Assembly: GCA_001825665.1 (NCBI GenBank)
Contig: MHXZ01000052.1
Coordinates: 5,574-69,573 of the forward strand
DNA length: 64,000 nucleotides
From: Planctomycetes bacterium GWF2_41_51
GTDB lineage: Bacteria; Planctomycetota; Phycisphaerae; Sedimentisphaerales; UBA12454
Direction of reading: 5' to 3'
This document shows, in pieces, positions 27,249 to 36,680 of the stretch (position 1 is the stretch's first letter; each line of letters starts with the position of its first letter). The notes under the pieces were generated by a model. It was not told where the DNA came from, searched no databases, and saw only the letters and a program-made list of their open reading frames with translations. The translations under genes and the position numbers were made by a program.

Positions 27249-29291
27249 ATGAAAATATCCATTAATTGGCTCAAAGATTACGTCCCAATAACAGAATCGC
27301 CGCAGGAACTCGCCGCGCTTTTATGCAGCATCGGCTTCAACACCGAAAGCCTCGAAATCCTGCCCGATGATGCCGTTATCGACGTCGAAGTAACAAGCAA
27401 CCGCCCCGATTGTCTCAGCCACATCGGAATCGCGCGCGAAATCGCCGCCGCAACTGGCCGCCTGCTCACATTGCCAAAAATTAAATTTGAGCCTCTTAAA
27501 AAAGATATATCCCAATTAGCCGCCGTCGAAATCGCAGAACCGACCCTCTGCGGCAGATACACCGCCAGGGTCATCGAAGGCGTAAAAATCGGCGCAAGCC
27601 CTTCCTGGATGACAAAGCGCCTCGAAGCCATCGGCCTCCGCAGCATAAACAACGTCGTCGATGCGACAAACTACGCAATGATGGAAACCGGCCAGCCCCC
27701 CCACGCTTTCGACTACAACAAAATTCGCGATGGCAAAATCATCGTCCGCCTCGCAAAGCAAAACGAAAAAATCGTCAGCATCGACGGCTCGAATTGCCAG
27801 CTCCAGCCCGACATGCTCATCATCGCCGACCCAACTGGCCCCGTCGCAGTCGCCGGAGTTATGGGCGGCCTCGATACCGAAGTCAGCATGTCCACCACAA
27901 ACATCCTGCTCGAAGAAGCTTCTTTCAATCCCGTAATCACAAGAAAAACTTCCCGCGCCCTAAATCTTCCAAGCGAAGCGGCCTACCGTCTCGGCCGTGG
28001 CGTTGACATCGAGCAGATTGATTGGGCCTCGCAGCGAACCGCGCAATTAATCGTACAAGTCGCTGGCGGAAAAATCGTCGAAGGCCTCATCGATGCCTAT
28101 CCGGCCAAAGTCGAAAATATTCGTATGGTCTCGATGCGGCTGAGCAGAGTTAAAAAACTTATCGGTATAGAAATCCCGCAGCAGGCAATTTTCGAAATTC
28201 TCCGCGGCCTTGCTTTCAGTCCGCAAAAACCCGAAAACGATAAAATCCTCTGCACCATCCCCGCCTGGCGCCCCGACATCACAAGAGAAATAGACCTAAT
28301 TGAAGAAGTCGCGCGAATCCACGGCTACGACAAAATCGGCCTCACACAAAAAATCAACATCGAAGTCGCGCCCGTTGACCGTCGCCAGCAGATAACCGCA
28401 AAAACAGGCTCCTGCCTCAACAGTTGCGGCTTTTACGAAACAATTACCCCCGGCTTCAGCACCGAATCGATCGCAAAGCTGATTTCACCCAATGCCGCCG
28501 ACACTCACCTTGCCGTTCTTGACGAAAACAGCAAAAACTCCAATATGCTCCGCAGTACGTTGATTGGCTCGCTTCTCGAAATTCTCAGCCGAAACATCAA
28601 CGCCGGCACTCGCGGAATCAATATTTACGAATTGGCAAACGTCTTCCAAAAAACTCCCGACGGCAAACATGCCGAGCATAGTTCACTCGCTATTCTTTGC
28701 GATTGCGATTTCAGAGTCATTCGCGGAGCTATCGAAAGCGTAATTAAAAACATCGCGCCATCAGCAGATATTTCTTTCAATCCCGCCGATGTATTCTGGG
28801 CAAAAACTGGCGCTCAGATTTTGGTTAACGCAGTTAACGGAGTTAATGGAGTTAATGGAACTCTCTTCGGCACCGCCGGAGTATTAAAAGATTCGATTCT
28901 CACAACGCTCGACATCAAAGCCCCGCTTGTCTGCGCAGCAGAAATTAATTTCGATATGCTTCTCGATTTACAGCCGGAGCAAATAAAAGCTAAACCGCTC
29001 CCCAAATTCCCATCCATCGTCCGCGACCTTTCGCTGATTACCGATGAACAGATTCAATGGTCTAAGATTGAAGAAATAGTTTCATCCAAAGCCCCCGCAG
29101 AGCTTGAAGATTTGAAATTCATCGGCATTTACCGCGGCAAACCGATCCCCGCTGGCAAAAAGAGCGTTACTATTTCGCTCTGCTTCCGTGACGAAGACGG
29201 CACATTGAAACACGAAACCGTTGACACCTGGCAGAAAGACATCGTTTCCGCCCTCTCGTCCAATATTGGCGCCGAGCTTAGGGCATCTTAA
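27249..29291 (+). CDS. pheT: phenylalanine--tRNA ligase beta subunit (lacks the N-terminal OB-fold tRNA-binding insert)
   Basis: B1, B3/4 (NYAMMETGQPPHAFD), B5 and C-terminal FDX-ACB-like regions. 680 aa. Confidence 0.9.
   Translation: MKISINWLKDYVPITESPQELAALLCSIGFNTESLEILPDDAVIDVEVTSNRPDCLSHIGIAREIAAATGRLLTLPKIKFEPLKKDISQLAAVEIAEPTLCGRYTARVIEGVKIGASPSWMTKRLEAIGLRSINNVVDATNYAMMETGQPPHAFDYNKIRDGKIIVRLAKQNEKIVSIDGSNCQLQPDMLIIADPTGPVAVAGVMGGLDTEVSMSTTNILLEEASFNPVITRKTSRALNLPSEAAYRLGRGVDIEQIDWASQRTAQLIVQVAGGKIVEGLIDAYPAKVENIRMVSMRLSRVKKLIGIEIPQQAIFEILRGLAFSPQKPENDKILCTIPAWRPDITREIDLIEEVARIHGYDKIGLTQKINIEVAPVDRRQQITAKTGSCLNSCGFYETITPGFSTESIAKLISPNAADTHLAVLDENSKNSNMLRSTLIGSLLEILSRNINAGTRGINIYELANVFQKTPDGKHAEHSSLAILCDCDFRVIRGAIESVIKNIAPSADISFNPADVFWAKTGAQILVNAVNGVNGVNGTLFGTAGVLKDSILTTLDIKAPLVCAAEINFDMLLDLQPEQIKAKPLPKFPSIVRDLSLITDEQIQWSKIEEIVSSKAPAELEDLKFIGIYRGKPIPAGKKSVTISLCFRDEDGTLKHETVDTWQKDIVSALSSNIGAELRAS
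28824..28859 (+). repeat. in-frame 9-nt tandem repeat x4 (GTTAAYGSA) inside pheT
   Basis: gttaacgca gttaacgga gttaatgga gttaatgga, encoding VNAVNGVNGVNG. Confidence 0.9.
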
Positions 29292-30804
29292 CGCTTTGTG
29301 TACTCGGAACCGTCTGCCCTGAAACACCCGCAAAAGCCGTTTCAATAATTTCGGCTTTCGGTGGTTTCGTCACAAAACTTACCAGCGGTATCACTATAAA
29401 CGGCACGATCATCGCTATGCTCGCTGCGATTGGAGATTTTGCTGCTCCCAACCAATAATACAAAATCACATTCGTCGCGATTGCCGTTATCATTCCGAGT
29501 ACAACTCCACTGTGCGTTGCTTTCTTCCAATAAAGCCCGAAGAAAAACGGTGCCATAAATGCTCCCGCCACCGCTCCCCACGATAGCGCCATCAGTTCAA
29601 TAATAAACGAAAGTTGATACCGTGCCACAAAATATGAAATCACTATAAACACCGCACTCAAAAACCGCATCATCAGCAATGAATTCTCTTTCGATATCTG
29701 CGGATTAATATGGCCCTTATAAAGGTCAATCGCAACAGATGAAGCAGACACCAGCACAAGCGACGAAAGCGTACTCATCGATGCAGACAGGATTAAAAGG
29801 AGTATTACCGCCATCAGCCAGCTCGGCAGATATTGTGTCAGCAATTCAGGAATTATCCTGTCGAAGTCCGGCCCATTCGCTCCCATCGGAGGTTTATCGT
29901 AAAATATATGCGTCAGCGCTCCGGTGTAATACGCCGCAAAAGAAATAATCACCGCGAAAATTGTCGTAATCAATGCCGCTTTATTAATAACCGCTTCATT
30001 TTTAATGGCGTAGAATTTCTGTACCATCTGCGGCATTCCCCAAACCCCGAATGACGTCATAAATACAAGCGCACCCAGCATAAGCATACTCGGCTCTTTG
30101 CCTGCCGGAAGCGCACTGTGCCATTGGTTATAACTGTCCGTCGCCGCCGTAAACCCTCCGCCGATTCCGCTTGTGCCTGCAATTTCCGCCGCTTTCCCGG
30201 ATAAAATCCAAACCATAAGAATAGACCCGAATATCATTATTATACCCTGCACAAAATCCGTCAGCGTTACCGCGAAATATCCGCCGAGCACAAGATACAA
30301 GCCTGTAATTGCGACCATTATTAATAGTGCTGTCTCGAATTGGATATGAAAGTTTTTTTCAAACAAATAACCCAATCCCTTAAACACAGATGCTGAATAA
30401 GGAATCAGGAAAACAAATATTATCAATGCCGCGAACATCTTTATATATCTGCTGCCGAATCGTTCCTGCAAAAACTCCGGCATCGTCATTGCATCGAGAT
30501 TTTGAGTCATTCTTCTTGCTCTTCTGCCAAGAATCAGCCACGCCGCCGTTGTACCAATAAATGCGTTGCCGATTGCGATAGCCAAACCTTTAAGCCCGTA
30601 GCCCCATCCGATTTTTCCGCCGAATCCGATGAATACTACCGCACTGAAATAACTCGTTCCGTATGCGAACGCCGTTATCCACGGACCTACAGACCGGCCG
30701 CCGAGAAAGAAATCGTTAAGGGTTGCAGTCTTCTTCATCCCCCATATTCCGATTACCACCATCCCAAGCAGAAATACTAACAGTAAAATGATACTTGCAG
30801 TCAT
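29278..30804 (-). CDS. sodium:solute symporter (SSS) family transporter
   Basis: 508 aa with about 13 TM segments. The SSS-like N-terminal block is FFLGGRSVGPWITAFAYGTSYFSA. Its 3' end overlaps the pheT 3' end by 14 nt. Confidence 0.85.
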   Translation of the reverse strand: MTASIILLLVFLLGMVVIGIWGMKKTATLNDFFLGGRSVGPWITAFAYGTSYFSAVVFIGFGGKIGWGYGLKGLAIAIGNAFIGTTAAWLILGRRARRMTQNLDAMTMPEFLQERFGSRYIKMFAALIIFVFLIPYSASVFKGLGYLFEKNFHIQFETALLIMVAITGLYLVLGGYFAVTLTDFVQGIIMIFGSILMVWILSGKAAEIAGTSGIGGGFTAATDSYNQWHSALPAGKEPSMLMLGALVFMTSFGVWGMPQMVQKFYAIKNEAVINKAALITTIFAVIISFAAYYTGALTHIFYDKPPMGANGPDFDRIIPELLTQYLPSWLMAVILLLILSASMSTLSSLVLVSASSVAIDLYKGHINPQISKENSLLMMRFLSAVFIVISYFVARYQLSFIIELMALSWGAVAGAFMAPFFFGLYWKKATHSGVVLGMITAIATNVILYYWLGAAKSPIAASIAMIVPFIVIPLVSFVTKPPKAEIIETAFAGVSGQTVPSTQSVKMP

Positions 30805-31122
30805 ACTTTACCTCCTTATAAAGAATCTTTTTTTTTCAAATTTTAACCCTTTTTTAGCCCTTGTATATATTTTTTTATCACATCCTTTATTAAATATAAT
30901 TAGAAAACAGGTGAACGTAATTAATAATATCCTTTTTATCGTCAATTGACTTCTATAAGCCTTTATTACCCTTTAATTTAGCAAAGCATGCACTTTTTTG
31001 TTATATTTTAGTAAATTCGATAATATATTTTGCAGAACCTAATTTTTTTCTTGACGTATGTTGAGTAGAAATGTTATTTTAGATAACCCACACGTACCTC
31101 CTCCTCTTTAGGAGGCGCACAC

Positions 31123-31163
31123 GGCATGGCGGTTTCTCTCCTCGGCCGCCTGCCATTTTTTTT
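31123..31163 (+). terminator. intrinsic terminator with CU-rich loop (no upstream plus-strand CDS)
   Basis: GGCA(t)GGCGG / CCGCCTGCC stem, loop TTTCTCTCCTCGG, then a T run (ATTTTTTTT). Confidence 0.7.
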
Positions 31164-31238
31164 GCGCTTTTTTCAAATTTATGAAACATTGTTGCGTTTC
31201 AACGCGTAATACAATTAGAAATGTTTTTTTCTCATTTA

Positions 31239-31278
31239 GGCAGACAGCTACTCCTCCTTCGCTGTTCTGCCTTTTTTT
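31239..31278 (+). terminator. second intrinsic terminator with CU-rich loop
   Basis: GGCAGACAGC / GCTGT(t)CTGCC stem, loop TACTCCTCCTTC, then T7. Confidence 0.7.
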
Positions 31279-31409
31279 ATTTCAGCACTTCCCCCTATCT
31301 AACTTTAGGATGGCAAATAGGTTATATTCCTATTGACCTCCCTCTAAAGAAATGGCAAAACAATTATAGTATAGTCCTATAATTTATTGAGCCTTGTTCG
31401 GGAAATCTA

Positions 31410-32309
31410 ATGAAAAACATTCTATTTGTTTTAATTATTTTGCCCATATCCGCTTACGCAAAACCGGATTTAATCTCATTTAATGAAGGATTGTGCTTAC
31501 CGGATGCCGGAAATTACGATATGTGGTATGGTTGCGCCCCCACAGCCGCCGGTATGATGCTTGGTTGGTATGACCGCAACGGCTACCCAAATCTCGTACC
31601 AGGCGGAGATGCTGAATTATCGACATTCGGAAAACCGGATTGTTTAGTAAACAGCAGTATCGCAAGCCCCGGCCACATCAACGATTTTTTCCGCAAAGGT
31701 TATGGTTTCTTCAAAGACGATTCATTTTTCCCTACTCATCAATTTGACTGCCTCGCGGATTTTATGGGCACAAGCCAGGATTTTTTCGGAAACAAAAACG
31801 GCGATACCCAATTCCATTTCTGGAGCGATAACAGCCCCTGCACAAGCGATGACCTGTGGGATTTATGGCCGTTTTTATACTACTCCGATGGTATGTGCGG
31901 AATAGAACGTTACGTCACTTATAGAGGTTACAATACACCGGTCATGTACAACCAATTAATAAATGGTTTTAATGGAATCTCAGCCGGTTTTTCTTTCGAC
32001 CAATTCAAAAACGAAATTGATAATAATAGAGGAGTCCTGCTGCACTTGGGAAACGACTTCGGAATAGGTCATACTATGTACGCCTACGGCTATGATGAAA
32101 TAGATAATACCATTTTAGTTTATGATACGTTAGGCCCGCTCGGCCAAAACCCCGGCAGATTAGTTTGGGGCGAACATTATTTTTATTATGGTATGCCTCT
32201 AACCCACTTCGGAGTTACCGTTATGCACATGGCACCCGAACCCAGTACCGTCTTTTTTGTATTATTTTCTTTATTACTTTTAGATCATCGCTCCAATTAT
32301 CGTAAATAG
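31410..32309 (+). CDS. secreted papain-fold (C39-like) cysteine peptidase candidate with C-terminal PEP-CTERM-type sorting signal
   Basis: Signal peptide. A Cys motif (YGCAPTAAGMMLGWYD) and a His motif (GIGHTMYAYGYD). The C-terminus reads PEPSTVFFVLFSLLLL followed by basic residues. Confidence 0.6.
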   Translation: MKNILFVLIILPISAYAKPDLISFNEGLCLPDAGNYDMWYGCAPTAAGMMLGWYDRNGYPNLVPGGDAELSTFGKPDCLVNSSIASPGHINDFFRKGYGFFKDDSFFPTHQFDCLADFMGTSQDFFGNKNGDTQFHFWSDNSPCTSDDLWDLWPFLYYSDGMCGIERYVTYRGYNTPVMYNQLINGFNGISAGFSFDQFKNEIDNNRGVLLHLGNDFGIGHTMYAYGYDEIDNTILVYDTLGPLGQNPGRLVWGEHYFYYGMPLTHFGVTVMHMAPEPSTVFFVLFSLLLLDHRSNYRK

Positions 32310-32337
32310 CTGTCTTTGGAACATTAATATTTTGGTA

Positions 32338-32412
32338 ATTCGTATTTGTTTCGTATTTCGGTTTTCGTATTTCGTATTTTATAATTAGTGTTGATTCGTG
32401 TTCATTCGTGGT
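32338..32412. repeat. degenerate TTCGTATTT / ATTCGTG short direct repeats
   Basis: TCGTATTT begins at 32340, 32351, 32365 and 32371. ATTCGTG begins at 32394 and 32404. The region lies between two convergent gene ends. Confidence 0.7.
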
Positions 32413-32428
32413 TTCATATTTCTGAAAT

Positions 32429-34627
32429 CTATTCTAACCAGTGATTCGCAAGCTCCGCAAAATCGCGAAAGTTGACAATATTATCTCCACCCGGCGCCGG
32501 CACAATATCCGCCGATGGCACTCCCGGCTCATCGAGCCACTGATTCGCCATAATCGCAAGGTCCAGCATATCTACCGCCCCATCAGGTTGCAAATCACCG
32601 CTTATAACAGGACAAATCACAAACCACACATTCGGAACATTAATACTGCACGAAACTGTTGGCGAACTGCCTCCTGTCCAATTTAGTGGATTGCCGTGAT
32701 CACTGTCCGAAAACGCGTAAACACTTCTGCTGCCCCCCGGTGTCGAATATTTAATCTGACCGTTTGACGTGTATGAACTGTTATCGAAAGAAAAATCCAC
32801 CAGCAGATTATCCGTGCCGTTATAATAGAACGGCGAATTAAACGTAAACGTCCGCCATCCAATGCTTCCGCGCGGCTCATTACTTTGAAACACCGTCGTC
32901 CACCCTGTAGAGTCAAGACTGCATCCGCTGAACGTATTCATCGTCGTATGTTTCATTCTAATCGTCCAGTTATTCATTGTCTGCCCCGGTATCGTTATTA
33001 TGTGCAAAGCGAGGCTCTGAATAAAACCTCTCCCTCCAAGTTCCGAAGCACGATAAATCACTTCCGTCCGTGCATCATGATAATATGTATAAAGCGGAAA
33101 AGCCCAATTCAAATTTCCCGTTCCTATCGTTAAATCCGCGCACGGATTGTTCAGTACGTGTTCAATCGCATGCCCGAGATTCACTCGCGGTTTTGTAATC
33201 GCGACTTTGGTATCAGCGATAGGGTCGCCTGTAATTGTGAGAATTTGCCTGATATGCCCCGGCGTTAAATATTTTCCTGTTACCGCCTTCGCCGCAGATT
33301 GCAGACACGCCGCCGCCCCCGCCGCGTAAGGACAAGCAGTCGATGTCCCCCCAAAATCATCCGCGTAATCCGTCGGCGAATAACCCTGAGCGCCAACCAT
33401 ATCGGTTGTGTAATTGTTATTCGCAGGCGCAAGTATATCCAAAAAATTCGCCATATTTGAAAATGATGTAACCTTGTCCCCCGCTGTAGTATCAACAACA
33501 TAATATCCGCCCGGACAATAAGGTGTTGCATATTTTGGATTGACGCACGATGCCGAATAAACGCAGGCGTTCCACAACCCGAAATCTGCATCATAAACCG
33601 CCCCAACCGAAACAGTGTTCGTCAGACACGAAGGCACGGATATCGAATCGCAGTACCCGTTATTGCCCGTCGAAACAAAAAGCGTAATACCCGCATCGGT
33701 TGCATTGTTCGCCGCCGTCGCCAATGTTACATTCGATGAATCGCACGGACTGTAATACCGAGTCCCCCCAATGCTTGTGCTTATAATAAGCAGTGGATAT
33801 GAAGGATTATCATTTTTATGGCTTGTGCACCAGTCCCACGCCCCTGCAAGCGTCGCCGTCGTTATATCACCCGAAGATTTTTTCGTTTTCAGTGCGTATA
33901 TTTTTGCGCTGTGCGCAACTCCCCCTATATAATCGTTCACATCGCCAAGGTCCCCTGCGACTATCCCCGCGCAGCAAGTCCCGTGCGGATCGAATGGCGT
34001 CGTTGGAAATGGATTTGAATCATTATCGCCCGTATCGTATCCTCCGATTACTTTACTGTTCGGAAATCCTCCGCCACCCAGTTTCGGATGAGTATAATCA
34101 ACTCCCGAATCGCAAATCGCAACCGCAACTCCCTGCCCGCTATAAACCGAGCGATAAACCATCCCGTTAAAAAGCGGTATCCCCTGCGCAAGATGTTCCT
34201 CCAGAACATAATCCGGCTCGATATTCTCAACCAGCGGGTCATTTAATAATTGCTCCAATACTTCCTGCGTAACTTCACACGAAAATGTCGCCTGATTTTC
34301 AAACCGGTACCCCACCGCAAGTTCATTGACATCGAAAGTTTCAATCACATCATCCTCAATCTCTTCAACTTCCTTGTGCAGGATTTGCAGAGATGATTTC
34401 GAATCCCAATCTATTTTTTTCTCCTCCAGACTTTCCGGTTGTTTCAAATTAACTAATATCCCCACACGCTCGCTGCCCTCCTCAAATTGATTTAACACTG
34501 TTGCAGCATCTCTAAGTTTGGTATAAACATCAGGTCCTTCATCCGCAAGCGCGAATACTCCTGAGAAAATATAAACTATTATTATAGTGGTTCTCATCTG
34601 CATTAATATTTCTTCAACAATCTCCAT
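32429..34627 (-). CDS. S8-family (subtilisin-like) serine peptidase with C-terminal dockerin-like repeats
   Basis: Asp, His and Ser motifs (AICDSGVD, HGTCCAGIVAG, GGTSTACPYAAG). The C-terminus carries DGAVDMLDLAIMANQW and NIVNFRDFAELANHW. The true start may be a few codons downstream (MRTTIII signal peptide). Confidence 0.85.
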   Translation of the reverse strand: MEIVEEILMQMRTTIIIVYIFSGVFALADEGPDVYTKLRDAATVLNQFEEGSERVGILVNLKQPESLEEKKIDWDSKSSLQILHKEVEEIEDDVIETFDVNELAVGYRFENQATFSCEVTQEVLEQLLNDPLVENIEPDYVLEEHLAQGIPLFNGMVYRSVYSGQGVAVAICDSGVDYTHPKLGGGGFPNSKVIGGYDTGDNDSNPFPTTPFDPHGTCCAGIVAGDLGDVNDYIGGVAHSAKIYALKTKKSSGDITTATLAGAWDWCTSHKNDNPSYPLLIISTSIGGTRYYSPCDSSNVTLATAANNATDAGITLFVSTGNNGYCDSISVPSCLTNTVSVGAVYDADFGLWNACVYSASCVNPKYATPYCPGGYYVVDTTAGDKVTSFSNMANFLDILAPANNNYTTDMVGAQGYSPTDYADDFGGTSTACPYAAGAAACLQSAAKAVTGKYLTPGHIRQILTITGDPIADTKVAITKPRVNLGHAIEHVLNNPCADLTIGTGNLNWAFPLYTYYHDARTEVIYRASELGGRGFIQSLALHIITIPGQTMNNWTIRMKHTTMNTFSGCSLDSTGWTTVFQSNEPRGSIGWRTFTFNSPFYYNGTDNLLVDFSFDNSSYTSNGQIKYSTPGGSRSVYAFSDSDHGNPLNWTGGSSPTVSCSINVPNVWFVICPVISGDLQPDGAVDMLDLAIMANQWLDEPGVPSADIVPAPGGDNIVNFRDFAELANHWLE

Positions 34628-34846
34628 CTTGTTTAAGACTATTATAGAAAATTTATTTGGAGTGGAAATGCGAAAAGTTTTTTATGGATGTGAAATATTA
34701 TTTGCTCATCGTTTTTTTGCTGAAAAACAATGTATGATTATTTCCCTTGATGACAAAAAAAGCAGTAGGATTACTCCATTTGTCATGCAACATGCGCGAT
34801 GTGTCGAATTAATTCAAAAATTAAAAATTCAGAATTAAAAATTATA

Positions 34847-35098
34847 CTATTCTTCCTGACCTTCGAGAATCTTCCGCAGATATTTATTTTCTCTCTTCGT
34901 CGCTTCGATATCGAAAACCAGATATTTTATCATCAGTCGAAGCTGGTCAAAATACTGCTCGAGATTAACTTCTTTACTGACCTTCGAAAGTTTGGGTTTT
35001 GATGTCAGCAGCGTTGACTTGGTGTACTTAACGGAAGGATTTTTTTCAACCTCATCGAGAAGACCTTGCAGTTTATTTTCCAAAGCAGAAATATCCAT
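34847..35098 (-). CDS. hypothetical small coiled-coil protein
   Basis: 83-aa ORF with GGAGGG 8 nt upstream of the ATG. Heptad-like charged sequence with no recognisable family. Confidence 0.55.
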   Translation of the reverse strand: MDISALENKLQGLLDEVEKNPSVKYTKSTLLTSKPKLSKVSKEVNLEQYFDQLRLMIKYLVFDIEATKRENKYLRKILEGQEE

Positions 35099-35443
35099 TT
35101 TTGAACCCTCCTATCCGCTATGGGATAAAAATCTTTCTTCTTTGTGCTTCCTGCAATCGAAAAGTGTCCATACTTGATAATTCAGCAAAGCATATACCAT
35201 CATCGTGAATACCGATTCTACACCTGCCGAAATCAAAAAGAAAGCCCCTTTTCTATAAAAAAACAAAAAAAATAAAAAGTTTTCCGCCTTGGTCAAATAG
35301 TAAAACTTTAACGTCCTGTTGCCTTCTGTAAACAATATAAAGACCCGAATCTAATTTCCAAAACTTTCTGTGCCTTTCACTTGCCAAAAGTCGTATTATG
35401 TAGTAGTATATTTTATATCCAGTTTATTGGCGGAGTTGAAAAC

Positions 35444-36427
35444 ATGAGAGTAAAACTGCCCAGAACACTTTGGCTCGTACAATGGCATCTGATTTTCGTT
35501 TCCCTTATGATTCTTACAGTCATCCTTTGGATTATTGGCGGAGCAACCGACTATCTTCAGGACCTTTATCTGGTCCCGCTTATGGTCGCCGCCGGCGTCG
35601 GAATCTTCGCGATTATCCTGCTCCTTTACCAGGCCCTTCAAATCCTCACAAATCAGCAGCAGTTGCTTGAACGCATCAGCGATGGACTCGCCGTCAGCAG
35701 AAGTATGTTCGAGCAGATTAGTCAGGGTGTCAAACTAAGCGAAGCCGCAAAAACAATCGCATACCGCGATATGGATAACCAGTACCTCCGCGCATCCGTC
35801 ATGGAAAAACTCCATCAGCAGGACTACAAAGCCACCTACGCTATGATTGATGCTATTTCGCAACGCAGTGAATACAAAGCGCTTGCCGAGGAACTGAAAG
35901 TCGCCGCCGACAATTACCGCGACTCAACCGAACAGGGAAAAATCAACCAGATTATCAGCTACATAGAAAAGCTGATTGAACAATTCCAGTGGGCAACCGC
36001 CAGCGTCCAGATTGAAAGCCTCGTAAGAAATTATCCCGATTCCGAAAAAGCAAAATCCCTGCGCCAAAAACTCGCCGACAAAAAAGAACAGCGCAAGCGC
36101 CAGCTCCTCGCCGCATGGGATGAAGCCGTCAAACGAGAAGACACCGACAGAAGCCTCATCATTCTGAAAGAATTGGATGTTTACCTCACCCCCAGCGAAG
36201 GCCTTGCCCTCCAGGAAGCCGCCAGCGAAGTCTTCAAGAACAAGCTCCACAATCTCGGTGTGCGCTTTTCACTCGCCGTCAGCGAAAAACGTTGGACAGA
36301 AGCCCTCCAAACCGGCCACGACATCATCAGAGGCTTTCCAAACAGCAGAATGGCCGAAGAAATCCGTGGTAAGCTCGCGACCCTGCGAAATTTAGCTAAA
36401 AACAAGCCCGAAGAACCAAAATCTTAG
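35444..36427 (+). CDS. hypothetical membrane-anchored helical-repeat protein
   Basis: The ATG at 35444 has an upstream GGAG. Two N-terminal TM helices are followed by a long alpha-helical, TPR-like soluble part. Confidence 0.6.
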   Translation: MRVKLPRTLWLVQWHLIFVSLMILTVILWIIGGATDYLQDLYLVPLMVAAGVGIFAIILLLYQALQILTNQQQLLERISDGLAVSRSMFEQISQGVKLSEAAKTIAYRDMDNQYLRASVMEKLHQQDYKATYAMIDAISQRSEYKALAEELKVAADNYRDSTEQGKINQIISYIEKLIEQFQWATASVQIESLVRNYPDSEKAKSLRQKLADKKEQRKRQLLAAWDEAVKREDTDRSLIILKELDVYLTPSEGLALQEAASEVFKNKLHNLGVRFSLAVSEKRWTEALQTGHDIIRGFPNSRMAEEIRGKLATLRNLAKNKPEEPKS

Positions 36428-36501
36428 CCAAAACATTTCTTCTTGCATAAAATAAGGTTTTATTGTAAAGTATCCCGTCTATTTTTGAATTGCGTGTAAA
36501 C

Positions 36502-36567
36502 TGCGGTTGTGTTGCTTGTATCGTTACATAAATCCTTTGCCGACAAACGATACCAGCGGCACAACCG
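36502..36567 (+). repeat. long imperfect hairpin A upstream of tRNA-Lys
   Basis: CGGTTGTGTTGCTTGTATCGTT pairs with AACGATACCAGCGGCACAACCG: 22 positions, 1 mismatch, 2 G-U pairs as plus-strand RNA. Confidence 0.75.
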
Positions 36568-36588
36568 ATAAACTTTATACGACGTTCA

Positions 36589-36661
36589 GAGGGTGTAGCT
36601 CAGCTGGTAGAGCAACGCACTTTTAATGCGTAGGTCTTGGGTTCGAATCCCAACACCCTCA
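36589..36661 (+). tRNA. tRNA-Lys (anticodon UUU)
   Basis: Hand-folded cloverleaf. Acceptor GAGGGTG/CACCCTC, D arm GCTC..GAGC, anticodon arm ACGCA-CTTTTAA-TGCGT, T arm TTGGG-TTCGAAT-CCCAA, discriminator A. No encoded CCA. Confidence 0.93.
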
Positions 36662-36680
36662 CTAAAACCGTATTTCGTCC

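Noticed and set aside
31290-31409. Two TGGCAA motifs (about 31311 and about 31353) considered as sigma54 -24 elements for the PEP-CTERM protein gene
   Set aside because: The expected -12 TTGC element is replaced by TTAT in both cases, so the match is too weak to call.
34668-34838. 56-aa ORF with GGAG 6 nt upstream of the ATG (MRKVFYGCEILFAHRFF...), divergent from the S8 peptidase gene
   Set aside because: It has a plausible RBS but no recognisable motif. It is AT-rich and lies in a likely promoter region. It is not reported as a feature because support is insufficient, though it remains a possible small protein.
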